Source of the DNA: a virus
Taxonomy: Duplodnaviria > Heunggongvirae > Uroviricota > Caudoviricetes
Virus record (IMG/VR): IMGVR_UViG_3300032116_000040
Span: 58,085-122,084 of that record
Length of the DNA stretch: 64,000 bases
Strand: one strand, 5' to 3'
The first letter of the stretch is position 1; each line of letters begins with the position of its first letter. The position numbers and the translations under genes are program-made. The notes under the pieces are model-generated. The model did not search any database. It was given only the letters and a program-made list of their open reading frames with translations, and was not told where the DNA came from. Shown here piece after piece: positions 19,468-29,601 of this stretch.

Positions 19468-20286
19468 TTATTTTTTAATTACTCCCCTAGCCATTAGAAT
19501 GTCTTTTCTAGTAACTTTACCGTCCCCGCTTAAGTCTGGAAATTTTTCTTTTGTCTTAGATTTAGATTTTAGCTTATCCTTACCTTTAGTCATTTTATCT
19601 CCCTCTAACTTATTTTTAGGACCTTTTTTCATGCCTTTAGCGATAGGATCGATCGATTTCTTTTTACTTTCATTCACGTATTGATCGAATGAAAGCATCC
19701 ATTTAGATTCATTTGGAAAAGTCCCTTCAGTTTCTCCCGGTAGGACGGATCCGCTCTCAATCTGCTCAGGTGAAGCCGGTACTGCCTTAACGCTTCCGCT
19801 AGTGTCGATATCAGTCGATTTAATGAACTCTACCGTGATGTCAGGAATAGATGTGCCGTTTTGAGCAAGTCCAGTTAAGACTTGCGTAAGTACTCCTGCT
19901 CCTACTCCAGCACTTACACCTTTAGTGATATCCTTCACTAAACGATCGTCTAAGTTAAATAATAGAGCGGACGGATCATTTTTTTGTTTTTCATTACTAG
20001 TGTTTAGAATGACCATCTTAATGTTCTGATAATCAGCCTTATTCTCTTTCTTTTTCCACTTAGCATCTTCTTTAACAACGGCCTCTCCTTTGTTCAGCGT
20101 GTCTAAATCAGTTTGAGTAAGAGTAATTTCTAATATGTGAGTTTCAGCGAGAGCTCCAAAATCTTCCAATTTTTCAGTCGATTCCTTTGGCATTCCTGAA
20201 CTGGGTGTACCCATTTCTTCTGGCATAAGGGGTTCTCCCATCTGCTCAGCTTCAAATATCCTAGCGAAGTTAAAGTACTTGTGCAT
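19468..20286 (-). CDS. hypothetical protein with a Lys-rich basic C-terminus; internal-protein-like
   Basis: ORF track. GATAAATAATAAAAAATAG motif at about 20294-20310, which is 16 nt upstream. Confidence 0.5.
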   Translation of the reverse strand: MHKYFNFARIFEAEQMGEPLMPEEMGTPSSGMPKESTEKLEDFGALAETHILEITLTQTDLDTLNKGEAVVKEDAKWKKKENKADYQNIKMVILNTSNEKQKNDPSALLFNLDDRLVKDITKGVSAGVGAGVLTQVLTGLAQNGTSIPDITVEFIKSTDIDTSGSVKAVPASPEQIESGSVLPGETEGTFPNESKWMLSFDQYVNESKKKSIDPIAKGMKKGPKNKLEGDKMTKGKDKLKSKSKTKEKFPDLSGDGKVTRKDILMARGVIKK

Positions 20287-20308
20287 AAATTCTATTTTTT
20301 ATTATTTA

Positions 20309-21055
20309 TCATTCAGAATAGATCTTAGAGTATATTTCTGAAAGTAGATCAATTATTTCCTCAATCGTCCCGTCTCTTCGTAGCTCCTTAAATACTAGGT
20401 TCTCTACCGCAAATTCTCCTTCTTTGGCAAGTCCTTCCTTTCGATCGCTCATTATCTTTTTCTTTAGCCTATCTAAGTAATCGTATAGGTACAAGTATTC
20501 AATATCCTTTCTGCTAGTCGATCTTACCTTCTGTTTCACCATCTTGACCTCTGACTTGATTACTCTCATCTTTTCATCAACGTCTTTTTGATCAAACTCA
20601 GGTTTCTTCCAAGAGGGAACGATTATCCATCTATCTCGCAAGATAGAAAAGAGTCCGGATGCGATATGTTGTTCGTCCTTATGCTGAACATAACACTCTA
20701 CGTCATGTCCTCGTAAGATTACTGGATGTCGTAAGTTCCACATGAAACGCTGCCCGTCTAAAGCCTTTCTGACCAGTTCTAGGTTCTGATCGATTTGAGC
20801 AAAATCAATTATGATATGAACGTCTAGATCTGAATCTGAATTCCAATTAAAGTTCGCAAGCGAACCCGTTAATTGTATGTCCATGATTGGAACCTCTAAC
20901 TTTAGAGAAGACCAAAAGTCTTCAGCTATTCCCAAAAGCCTTTTTCTTATTTCTGGATCCATTTTATCGTCATTCCAGATCTTTGGACAAAGTTCCTTGT
21001 GATATTCTACCTTTTCATTAATCCATTGATTAAAAGTCTTTGCTCTATTTTTCAA
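20309..21055 (-). CDS. nucleotidyltransferase-fold protein (minimal NTase GS...SDxD motif) with capsid-targeting-sequence-like N-terminus; TTG start
   Basis: TGSLANFNWNSDSDLDVHIIIDF matches the GS-x(9-13)-D-x-D NTase signature. N-terminus (M)KNRAKTFNQWINE. The start codon is TTG according to the track frame. Confidence 0.5.
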   Translation of the reverse strand: MKNRAKTFNQWINEKVEYHKELCPKIWNDDKMDPEIRKRLLGIAEDFWSSLKLEVPIMDIQLTGSLANFNWNSDSDLDVHIIIDFAQIDQNLELVRKALDGQRFMWNLRHPVILRGHDVECYVQHKDEQHIASGLFSILRDRWIIVPSWKKPEFDQKDVDEKMRVIKSEVKMVKQKVRSTSRKDIEYLYLYDYLDRLKKKIMSDRKEGLAKEGEFAVENLVFKELRRDGTIEEIIDLLSEIYSKIYSE

Positions 21056-21126
21056 GACAACTAAAATAATTTATTTTATTTATCTTACTAATCTTTTTAA
21101 AAGTTTTTTGTAAGATAAATATTAAT

Positions 21127-22011
21127 ATGAATAGATATGTTATGTCATTTGATTCTATCAACGAATCAATGAAACAGCAGGGAATAGTCTTGATCAAGGG
21201 CAAGCCAAGAGGCAAGGACAGGGAGCAAAATCTCTTTGCGACCCATGTTAACAATTGGGCAGAAGTTCGCCCTGGAGCAACCATGCTCTTTCTTTCTGAT
21301 ACCTTTTATAGGGTGGTCAAGGAGGACAAGAAACTAAAGGGCATACGAATCAATTGGAAGGACGAAGATTCCCTAAAGGACGTCCTTAATTTTAAGTCTC
21401 CGGGAAAACTGAGTGTCGTTCGTAATAACAACAAGACTCCATACCATTGGAAGACTCTAAAACACTCTAACCTAAAGGACGCTCTAGATGCAGTCGAAGA
21501 AGACTTACTTGACTCAAGTTACGTGTTCGAATCAGCTGGTCCAGTTTCTCCCTATTCAATCGTGTTAGAAGATGCGCTTGAATCCATTTTTGGAGATGGA
21601 AAAAATGTCATTGTCCTAGATTGGACTCTACCTGATTTTGACATAGTCGATACCGTAGAGGGTGACGATTCACGAGGAACTGATACAGTAGATTGGGAAG
21701 CATCATTCGATTGTCTCTATGTGGGTCGACCTGAATTAGACGAAGCCCTTACTCAAGAGGATCTTCGTCGATTTGAACTAAGCATAAATTTTGAGTGCGA
21801 GTTTAAATACAGTCAGTGGTATGATTCTGGAAATTACGATACTCCACCAGAAGGAGAAATCACACTCGAAGAAGTTTCAAATTCTGTCACATCAGTATAC
21901 ATCAACGGAGAAGAAGTGGAACCTTCCTTTGACATCGAAAGCATAGTTAAACCAATGGATTTTGAAGACTTGGAAAATTTCATCAAAAAAAATCACGCAA
22001 GATTTATTTAA
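21127..22011 (+). CDS. acidic hypothetical protein (294 aa)
   Basis: ORF track. Confidence 0.5.
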   Translation: MNRYVMSFDSINESMKQQGIVLIKGKPRGKDREQNLFATHVNNWAEVRPGATMLFLSDTFYRVVKEDKKLKGIRINWKDEDSLKDVLNFKSPGKLSVVRNNNKTPYHWKTLKHSNLKDALDAVEEDLLDSSYVFESAGPVSPYSIVLEDALESIFGDGKNVIVLDWTLPDFDIVDTVEGDDSRGTDTVDWEASFDCLYVGRPELDEALTQEDLRRFELSINFECEFKYSQWYDSGNYDTPPEGEITLEEVSNSVTSVYINGEEVEPSFDIESIVKPMDFEDLENFIKKNHARFI

Positions 22012-22025
22012 CCTTTTTCTTTTTT

Positions 22026-22039
22026 TAAGTATAATAGTC
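22026..22039 (+). promoter_or_regulatory. AAGTATAATAGTC -10-like promoter box
   Basis: 17 nt upstream of the ATG at 22054. Confidence 0.4.
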
Positions 22040-22053
22040 TAAACGTTACTGGT

Positions 22054-22473
22054 ATGGACTCTCTAGAGGAAAAGATGGATGCCTACTTACAATCAATAGG
22101 CGGGCTTGAAAACGGATATCAAAAGGATCGTCCTCCCATCACTGACTCCTATTGTTTCGAATGCGGTGAGGGCTGGTATCCACTGATCCAGGAACTAATA
22201 GAGGACTTAATCAAATTGGGATGGAATAAACAGATCTGTCAAGTTAAAGAAAAATTCGGCGGACTTCGCTTTTACATTAACGATGGCTCAAAGGAAATAC
22301 ATGATCGAATCTCTCAAGCAGAAACATTGAGCTATGAGACTTGTGAAGAGACAGGCCGTCCGGGTAAATTGAGACGGGATCTAGGCTGGTGGGTAACACT
22401 TTGTGATGAAGAATACGAAAAAAGACTGGCAGAGAAAATACGCAAGGCAATCGAAAATAAAAAACTAAATTAA
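22054..22473 (+). CDS. hypothetical protein (139 aa)
   Basis: ORF track. Confidence 0.45.
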   Translation: MDSLEEKMDAYLQSIGGLENGYQKDRPPITDSYCFECGEGWYPLIQELIEDLIKLGWNKQICQVKEKFGGLRFYINDGSKEIHDRISQAETLSYETCEETGRPGKLRRDLGWWVTLCDEEYEKRLAEKIRKAIENKKLN

Positions 22474-22474
22474 T

Positions 22475-22681
22475 ATGATGACTTTTTTAGAATTTACATT
22501 TACCTCATTTTGGCACTTTATTGGAATGCTAATCATGATCTCGCTAGTTTCAAATTTCTTGGCTAAGGTCTGGAATCGTTTTTGGAGGCACTTAAACATT
22601 CGTAAACATGGATATCCTCCATCCCATTGTGATGCAGACGGAGATTTTTTAAAATCTAATGAACTTGAGTCAAATGATTGA
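22475..22681 (+). CDS. small hydrophobic protein (68 aa)
   Basis: ORF track. One predicted TM helix. Confidence 0.3.
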   Translation: MMTFLEFTFTSFWHFIGMLIMISLVSNFLAKVWNRFWRHLNIRKHGYPPSHCDADGDFLKSNELESND

Positions 22682-22856
22682 GATTCGATATCGTGATATT
22701 GATCCAGATACTGGAGAGGTTTCGACAGATCGATTGATGTGCACCTGTGACGATGAGAGGATAGCGAATTGGATCTTTTTGGCAATAGTCAAGGACATGT
22801 CGCTAAACTATGACGATCCTAATCGTGAAATCTACATAAAATCAACAAGCGTCTAA
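22659..22856 (+). CDS. small hypothetical protein (65 aa)
   Basis: ORF track. Confidence 0.3.
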   Translation: MNLSQMIEIRYRDIDPDTGEVSTDRLMCTCDDERIANWIFLAIVKDMSLNYDDPNREIYIKSTSV

Positions 22857-22912
22857 TTTTAATGGTGAATAAGATTTAGTATTATTATCTTATTCACCAT
22901 TAAACTAGAATT

Positions 22913-23512
22913 ATGAAAAGCTTGATCCTTTTCCTTTTAACGTTAGTCGTAACTATCTCCCATGCACAGATTCCAGCCAATCTAATAACAAATAAAGCTG
23001 ATCTTTCGATTCAATTACTTGATCAGATAAACGAATACCGAAATAAAAATGGGCTAACTTCGCTAATTCTTGATAGTAATTTAACGAAAGCATGCATTCA
23101 TCATTGCGAATACTTATCAGTCTATGATGAAGGAGCTCACATTGAGACAAATAGAGATTCAAGTCATTTAATCGAAAACCTAGTCTCACCAGAATCAAGG
23201 ATCAAACGGTTTAATGCAGATGTAGGTAATCGAGTTGCTGAAAACTGCTTAAATATTGGGCCGATGGTATTTAAAGAGGCAAAACATCAGATTTCAGGAG
23301 ATCAGTGGATTCAAAATATTAAGGCTGGAAAAATTGATCCCAGCCTATCTGCACTATGTGTTTTAAACTATTGGATTGAATCTCCGGGCCATAATTCAAC
23401 TCTATTGAAAAAAGAAGCAACTGTTTGTGGAGTATATCAAAAAGTCTATGTCAACAGGCATGGAAAATACCGGATAGTGTCTACATTATTGATAACAAAT
23501 AGAACTTACTAG
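22913..23512 (+). CDS. secreted protein with an N-terminal signal peptide; possibly CAP/SCP-like
   Basis: MKSLILFLLTLVVTISHAQ signal-peptide-like N-terminus. SPGHNSTLLKKEATVCG weakly resembles the CAP GHYTQ motif. Confidence 0.4.
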   Translation: MKSLILFLLTLVVTISHAQIPANLITNKADLSIQLLDQINEYRNKNGLTSLILDSNLTKACIHHCEYLSVYDEGAHIETNRDSSHLIENLVSPESRIKRFNADVGNRVAENCLNIGPMVFKEAKHQISGDQWIQNIKAGKIDPSLSALCVLNYWIESPGHNSTLLKKEATVCGVYQKVYVNRHGKYRIVSTLLITNRTY

Positions 23513-23514
23513 TT

Positions 23515-25449
23515 CTAGCCATATGCATCGCATAGATCTTCAACGCTCCATCCTCCGCCTGCAGGCATATCTGGAAAAATTTTGTCCCAATTAATTCCTC
23601 TAATTGCTTTTCTAGGTCGAGTTCTTCTTCTTTTTCTACTAGTTGAACCTCCACCTTGCCATCTGATTTGATATAGCCATTCTCCGACTACTTCATAATC
23701 TGATACAACAGTCTCGTCCGGAGTCGGAGGAGTTGTTGATTTTTCAATTGTCATGTATACAACATTAAACAGGATTCCTGAGTATTTAGGTTTAGCAAAC
23801 AATGCTCGATATTCTGCATCAGTCTGTTGAGTTGCTCTAGGATCTTTGTGGTCAAGTCGCATCCATTTTTTATCTTGATACTTAGCGCTGCCGTCCGGTA
23901 AAGTATTATTAGCAATAAGAGTCTCACCTTCTTTCTTTACTAGTGTCTTATCTATTCCGAGAGTATTGATTGCATTCGTTAATGCAGTTTCAATTACCTT
24001 AGCTCTAGCTACAACTAAATATTCATTATTTTTAGTCGAGTAAGGTTTACCGATAGTCCCATTCGGTTGATATGCAGAAGGCTCATCACTAGTTGATGCG
24101 ACTATTCTATAAGTTAAAGAGATAAGCTTTCCTTTTTTATTAGCGATTTCAGCCAATATTTCTTTGACTGCATTCTCAATTTCCTTATCCTTACCGTCTT
24201 GTATTACTGCTTGATCGCTTTTAAAATAAGTCATCGCAAGTTCTGCACCTACGCCCTTACCTTTGGCATACGGCCAAGCGAAATCCCATTCGTTTTCAAC
24301 CTCAACTTCAGTTCCTTCGCTACCTTGAGTGACTACTATAGGCTTAGGCATAGTTTCCTGTGCATCAGCTGGCCACCAAGTAATAGAAGATGCCAGATAT
24401 ATTGCTGCCTCTGGATTAAGGCTTGTGCTTTTTCCCCACCTAGCCCTTGACATTTCCATTATTCCATTAATGATGTTGATCTTATCTTGATCAGTCATTT
24501 TTGTAAATAACGTCCTAACATAAGTAGGATTCTCAAATCGATCTAATAGTTTTTTAAATTGTGCCTCGTCAGATATTATTTTATACCATAACCAAAAACG
24601 GCCAGTTTGTTCTCTTCCCTTTTTAATATCATCGATTGAAAACCATACATTATCACTTTTCATTCCAGGAGAAAACATATCAGCTAATGCATCTCTTCTT
24701 GATTTTCCGCTTTGCTCAAACGTTTCTTTTGCCTTTTGTAAAAGAATTTTACTCTTTTCAACGATTAATGACTGGTCGAAATCAATTGATGCATTTTTTC
24801 CTGCACTATATTTGGTTCCCTCAAACTCATATTCAGGATCCATATTAGTATTAAATTTAGTTAAAGGATATCCAGTTTTAGATTTAGCGTTCCATCCACT
24901 CTCTATTAAAGATTTAACTTTCTTAGGATCACTTAATTGTTCCAATTGTTTAATCAACTGATTACTATCAGCAACCCCATAATTATTTGATGTATTTGAA
25001 GTATCCATTATTCCGTGCCAGTATTCCATGCACCTAGCAATGTCTTCTTTTTTCATAGAAGGTTTAGTTGACTCAAATCTTTTCTCAAGACTTGGAGTAT
25101 ACTCTATGAGTTTTTTAACATTATTATTTTCTTTTCCTGGATCTCCCTTTGCGTACATCCAATCCATGATAGCATCCCATGGTCTAATCCAATATCCTGA
25201 AGGTTTAGCTGTATTTTTTACTGCCACCGAATCAGTATCGACAGATTTATCTACTAAATATTCAATTCTTTTTACTATATCACTAGGAAGTTTTTCATCT
25301 TCTTTAGGCTTAATCTTACTGCCATCGACCTTTGCTGTTTTTCCATCTGCTGCAATAAGATCATCTCCTCCGTCTTCAAGTAGAGCAGCATCCGCTTTGG
25401 CTTGTTCGTAGAGAGCAGACCATTTTTTATAGTTTAAAAGGTATGACAT
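23515..25449 (-). CDS. large hypothetical protein (644 aa) with a basic C-terminal tail (RKRRRTRPRK); candidate virion or internal protein
   Basis: ORF track. Confidence 0.5.
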   Translation of the reverse strand: MSYLLNYKKWSALYEQAKADAALLEDGGDDLIAADGKTAKVDGSKIKPKEDEKLPSDIVKRIEYLVDKSVDTDSVAVKNTAKPSGYWIRPWDAIMDWMYAKGDPGKENNNVKKLIEYTPSLEKRFESTKPSMKKEDIARCMEYWHGIMDTSNTSNNYGVADSNQLIKQLEQLSDPKKVKSLIESGWNAKSKTGYPLTKFNTNMDPEYEFEGTKYSAGKNASIDFDQSLIVEKSKILLQKAKETFEQSGKSRRDALADMFSPGMKSDNVWFSIDDIKKGREQTGRFWLWYKIISDEAQFKKLLDRFENPTYVRTLFTKMTDQDKINIINGIMEMSRARWGKSTSLNPEAAIYLASSITWWPADAQETMPKPIVVTQGSEGTEVEVENEWDFAWPYAKGKGVGAELAMTYFKSDQAVIQDGKDKEIENAVKEILAEIANKKGKLISLTYRIVASTSDEPSAYQPNGTIGKPYSTKNNEYLVVARAKVIETALTNAINTLGIDKTLVKKEGETLIANNTLPDGSAKYQDKKWMRLDHKDPRATQQTDAEYRALFAKPKYSGILFNVVYMTIEKSTTPPTPDETVVSDYEVVGEWLYQIRWQGGGSTSRKRRRTRPRKAIRGINWDKIFPDMPAGGGWSVEDLCDAYG

Positions 25450-25576
25450 AATTGGGTCCTTTTTATCTTATTTATTTTATCACTAGATAAAAATTATACA
25501 CTATTTAACGAACTAGTTTTTAATTTTAAGATTACTTGTGTATTTTATCATTAAATAATAGTATAGTCTACTAAAT

Positions 25577-25894
25577 ATGCAAGACTTGAAAATTAATGAT
25601 TGTAAAGTGGATAAGCACACCAAACCCGAACTAAACGATTTTAAAGCAGTCGCTATCGACACTGGCTGTATAAAGATCATGATCTCAGAAGAGTTAGATA
25701 TTAAGGGAGCTTCCTTAAAGATCTTGGGTGAGAACAGGAACTTTATCACTGAGCTTAAAAACATAGAGTACACCACGACTTTCTGTACTTATTCTGGAAA
25801 TCCAATGTTCATTGAGCTACATACACCGGGTGGAGTATCCGTTCACTACGTTGAGGGTTCAGGTAAAGACTTTTATAAAAATTTTAAAAACTAA
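25577..25894 (+). CDS. hypothetical protein (105 aa)
   Basis: ORF track. Confidence 0.4.
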   Translation: MQDLKINDCKVDKHTKPELNDFKAVAIDTGCIKIMISEELDIKGASLKILGENRNFITELKNIEYTTTFCTYSGNPMFIELHTPGGVSVHYVEGSGKDFYKNFKN

Positions 25895-25896
25895 CA

Positions 25897-26165
25897 TGTC
25901 TGGCTTATTTCGATTTTCGATACTTATTTTAACCATATTGCTGTTTCGTTCCTGTGTGATCGAAGACTCTAATTCTAAAAAACACACGCCAGTAAGATAC
26001 TTAGATAAGTCATCTAAATACTGTAATCAACAGTATGATGTATACTTATTGGACGGCTGTGAATACATAGTGGTTGACGCCGGTAGCCGCCAGTGGGGAT
26101 CACATAAGGGAGACTGTAAAAACCCAATACACCTAAATAATGGAGAAGTACATACTGCTAATTGA
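25897..26165 (+). CDS. small secreted or membrane protein (likely start at internal MSGLFRFSILILTILLF)
   Basis: The track ORF 25812..26165 overlaps the upstream gene. The internal ATG directly precedes a hydrophobic signal-like segment. Confidence 0.4.
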
Positions 26166-26508
26166 TATCGACGGAACCGTTTGTGAAGACATTAAGAACG
26201 AGGAATCTTACCTATACTATTCAGCTAAGCCGATCGAAGGTGCACGAGAAAGGTGTAATGATTGGTACGAGAAGGGTGCACAAATCCATTTCTTTACTGC
26301 TCGAGAATCCAAGGACCGTGAGGTAACTGAATTATGGTTAAGAAAAGAAGGTTTTCGATATCACTCGTTGGTGATGGACAAACCCAGAATTAAAGACGGC
26401 GAGGAATATGTTTGGATCGATAATAGAAAGGTCCGAGCAATCACCTTTAAAGGGATCTGGTCCGACCTAGTGGAATACACGAAAAAAGTTTTATCTTTTG
26501 AAGAATAA
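26140..26508 (+). CDS. small HAD-family phosphatase
   Basis: LLIDIDGTV (DxDGT), FFTARES, WIDN. Paralogous to the 32526..32912 protein. Confidence 0.5.
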   Translation: MEKYILLIDIDGTVCEDIKNEESYLYYSAKPIEGARERCNDWYEKGAQIHFFTARESKDREVTELWLRKEGFRYHSLVMDKPRIKDGEEYVWIDNRKVRAITFKGIWSDLVEYTKKVLSFEE

Positions 26509-26525
26509 TAGTAATTTATCTTAAA

Positions 26526-26930
26526 ATGAAAGTATATTGTAAGTCTTGCGAAAAACCTACCCAGCATCGTCAGAAGCTTCACGACATCGTCTGTAATAAG
26601 TGTGATATCTGTAACTATCCAATCTTTCTTCAGAGGTTAGGAGATGGGCGCAGTAATGTTGCAAAAAGATTAGTATGGGTAGAATGGACAGAGGGCGGTC
26701 GAGGAAAGGCTGTGCACACTGAGCCGCAAGTCGGATTTAGTCTCTGTCTAGGTCCATATACCATCAATTCAGAAAATGGCGGATCTCCGTTGGCTTCAGG
26801 ATACGATTGGATGACGACTGAGGTGACTGAGATAGTTGAGGATAAAAAGTCTAATGAATATCGAAAAATAAGGTTCAAGACGAAAAACTCAGAGTACGTT
26901 TTACACATGACTGATATAAAAACTGATTAA
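26526..26930 (+). CDS. zinc-ribbon protein (CKSC...CNKCDIC)
   Basis: ORF track. Cys4 cluster. Confidence 0.45.
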   Translation: MKVYCKSCEKPTQHRQKLHDIVCNKCDICNYPIFLQRLGDGRSNVAKRLVWVEWTEGGRGKAVHTEPQVGFSLCLGPYTINSENGGSPLASGYDWMTTEVTEIVEDKKSNEYRKIRFKTKNSEYVLHMTDIKTD

Positions 26931-26933
26931 CCC

Positions 26934-27134
26934 ATGACTGATTGGAAAGAATTACCCAGCACAGCTAGATGCTTTCAGCTTGATGAAGCTCCAGAATTAA
27001 TACACGTGATTAGGACGGGCTTTAATGACATGTACATGGTAGTACATGAGGATGCATATGAATATTCCCTAGGCAAGGTTGAGATAGGAACCAAAAGGGA
27101 TGTTGAAGTAAGATATAAAATAAACTTAGACTAA
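26934..27134 (+). CDS. hypothetical protein (66 aa)
   Basis: ORF track. Confidence 0.35.
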   Translation: MTDWKELPSTARCFQLDEAPELIHVIRTGFNDMYMVVHEDAYEYSLGKVEIGTKRDVEVRYKINLD

Positions 27135-27547
27135 TGGAAAAAAGAATCATTCTAAACCAGATCAGGACGCCGGACGGAACCGTCCTAAGATCGATGCATC
27201 GTCATGATTATGTGACATATACTGATAAAAACGGGCTTGAATACATGGTAGATGGAGGTAATGAATACTTACGACGCACCGTTCATGAAGAGGCTCCATA
27301 TGAAGAGCTGACTATATATGAGGATTCTCCATTTGAAGTGATTCGTGAAAGTTTTCACCGCGGAGGTCGAGGTAAGGACGGTAGACAGCCTCTTACTTGG
27401 GTGCCGATGTCAAAGATGAGCGACGAATGGTTACGAGCGTGTATCATTTATAATGAAGAACGTGGGCTCGGAGAGAGCATTGCGAACGAGTTATACAAAA
27501 AAGAGTTAGAGTATCGCCAAGAAAATGGGATCTCCATTGAAGACTAA
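27134..27547 (+). CDS. hypothetical protein (137 aa)
   Basis: ORF track. Confidence 0.45.
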   Translation: MEKRIILNQIRTPDGTVLRSMHRHDYVTYTDKNGLEYMVDGGNEYLRRTVHEEAPYEELTIYEDSPFEVIRESFHRGGRGKDGRQPLTWVPMSKMSDEWLRACIIYNEERGLGESIANELYKKELEYRQENGISIED

Positions 27548-28174
27548 TTAACCGACCGCCGTTTTTATCTTTATAGCATTAGCAACTCTTCTATCCATGT
27601 GAGAAAGAGAAGCAGTAGGCTTAAATACTCTATTACATAATTCCTTAGTTAGATCACTCACGTTTTTTCCAGCAATAGTCGCAGTTTCAAAATCTCTAGA
27701 TATTGCTTGAGTCTTAGTTAGTTCCTTTCTAGTCTTAGTGTATTTTGGAACAGTAGATGTTCCTGAATTAATGTATACTAAGTCCTTTGGCACTCCGCTC
27801 ACATAAGGTAGATAATAGTCTTTCATTTCGTGCTTTACGAAATCCATTTGTGTCTCAAGATCGGTGTGAGCTTTTTCTTTCGCTGCTGCGAACGCTTTTA
27901 GCGCCTTTAATCTTGCTCCCTGCCATTGACATAGACCGACTGCTTTACCGTCAGTTGCAGCAGTATTGAATCTTGATTCAACTGACATGTTTCCAGCTAA
28001 GCTAACTGCCTCATTTTTAGTGAAACCCCTAGATATCAATCCATTGACAACAGTTACTGCAGTTTTAAGCTCAGCTGATGTGATATCGGCAGCTGTTGTG
28101 CTTTCGGAACCTTCAGTAGATTCGATATCTTCATTTAAAGTTCTCCACTCATTAATTGATAGTATATGTTTCAT
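27548..28174 (-). CDS. lytic transglycosylase (SLT-domain) protein with capsid-targeting-sequence-like N-terminus
   Basis: SLAGNMSVESRFNTAATDGKAVGLCQWQG fits the SLT E-S-x-F...GLMQ signature. I prefer the internal start MKHILSINEWRTLNE over the track's 28243 start, which overlaps the next gene. Confidence 0.5.
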   Translation of the reverse strand: MKHILSINEWRTLNEDIESTEGSESTTAADITSAELKTAVTVVNGLISRGFTKNEAVSLAGNMSVESRFNTAATDGKAVGLCQWQGARLKALKAFAAAKEKAHTDLETQMDFVKHEMKDYYLPYVSGVPKDLVYINSGTSTVPKYTKTRKELTKTQAISRDFETATIAGKNVSDLTKELCNRVFKPTASLSHMDRRVANAIKIKTAVG

Positions 28175-28175
28175 C

Positions 28176-29549
28176 TTAAAATAACCAGTTACCTGAGCTT
28201 TTTCCTTGTGCAGTAGATGATTTTTTAAATTCATCGTCAGCATCGTCCATTGTGATTCCTAATGCACCAGCTATGCTTATTTCAGGAGTCTTAATTTTAC
28301 CTGTGACTAGGAATGCTGCGAATTTATCAATTGCCCCGTCTAGAGTGTGGTTTGCGATTATGCTTGGAATCGAGGCATAATTACCAGAAATCGGTAATTG
28401 CCTTTTATATTTTTCAGGCTGAGCCTCTCTAAATCCAGTCTCAGGATCAGTGCTCTCCTCATCCGGGCTAAATCTTTTAGTTGAGATGGTGTACATGTTA
28501 CCCCATACACCCTTCATCTTTGCATTATCATTTTCTTTTTCTAGCTCAAATCCAGCAGTCTTAGTATATGCGCTTGGCGCTCCTTCAACACGACCTCTAC
28601 CCTCTTCAAAAAGCTCCTTTCTGAACTTTGCAAAGGAAGTCATTAACCACGATTGAACTCGTCTAGGATCTGCTCCAAGAGCGCTTGCTAATTCTTCAAC
28701 CTCAGGATCAGACTTTGAAGCATATGACGCTGAACCGATCGAAGCAATTAGTTTTCCTTTAATCGAATCGCTAGCTCGATTTGCAAGTTTGCCGAAACGA
28801 TCTGCGAAAACTCTCAAGAAATCTGTGGAAAGAGCTTCACCTTTAGCCGAAGTCCTAGCTTCTCTAGTGACTCTCGGTTCGTAGTCTGGAGTAACAGGCA
28901 ATACGTAAACATACAGGGGTTTTTCTAGAGATGGAGCATATTTTTTACCTCCTTGTCTAGTAACTGCTCGAACAAATTCCTGAATCTTACCGTTAGTGTT
29001 TCCTCCCTTAGTATCGTGAACTCCTCTTAATTGAGAGCGGTCTACTCCGCTAGTGGTAAGCTCAGAATATCCATAATCAACTACCTTTTTTCTTTCTGGA
29101 TCCCATGCCATTACCGCATACTGCTCTCCGGTAGCTCCTTTGCTCGGTTGCTTGTGATATAGGAACATAAAGAAATCAATGTCCTCGTTTACGATGAAGA
29201 TTCGGATCGCTCCAAATGGAATCGACTGAAGATACCATGCAAAATCAGTGTACTCACTCTTAACCTCCTTGTCTTGGAATGGGCTTCTGTTAGACTTACG
29301 ACCCCTTAACTTGATTGGTTCTGGGATATCGATCTCTGGAGAAGGGATAAAGTACTTATACGGCATAGGTACTGCCGCTCTTGACTTATATGTGTGTCCC
29401 ATTTGAGGATATTTTTCGGTGTAGTGCTCTTCTTTAGTGTGAATCTTTCGGATCATTTCTTTAGGAAGACCCATTTTACTTAAATTAGAATCTTCAAACA
29501 GTGCAAACGCTTCAAATGAAGTTGCACAAAACTTGTTAGAGTTTGACAT
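28176..29549 (-). CDS. hypothetical protein (about 457 aa), N-terminus MSNSNKFCATSFEAFALFED
   Basis: Start chosen at the internal ATG, which is preceded on the minus strand by AAATAACAAAAAAGCC. The track extends it to 29627. Confidence 0.45.
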   Translation of the reverse strand: MSNSNKFCATSFEAFALFEDSNLSKMGLPKEMIRKIHTKEEHYTEKYPQMGHTYKSRAAVPMPYKYFIPSPEIDIPEPIKLRGRKSNRSPFQDKEVKSEYTDFAWYLQSIPFGAIRIFIVNEDIDFFMFLYHKQPSKGATGEQYAVMAWDPERKKVVDYGYSELTTSGVDRSQLRGVHDTKGGNTNGKIQEFVRAVTRQGGKKYAPSLEKPLYVYVLPVTPDYEPRVTREARTSAKGEALSTDFLRVFADRFGKLANRASDSIKGKLIASIGSASYASKSDPEVEELASALGADPRRVQSWLMTSFAKFRKELFEEGRGRVEGAPSAYTKTAGFELEKENDNAKMKGVWGNMYTISTKRFSPDEESTDPETGFREAQPEKYKRQLPISGNYASIPSIIANHTLDGAIDKFAAFLVTGKIKTPEISIAGALGITMDDADDEFKKSSTAQGKSSGNWLF

Positions 29550-29601
29550 TCGATCGGCTTTTTTGTTATTTATTCGATAAATAATAAGAAATGTTCCCAG
29601 T

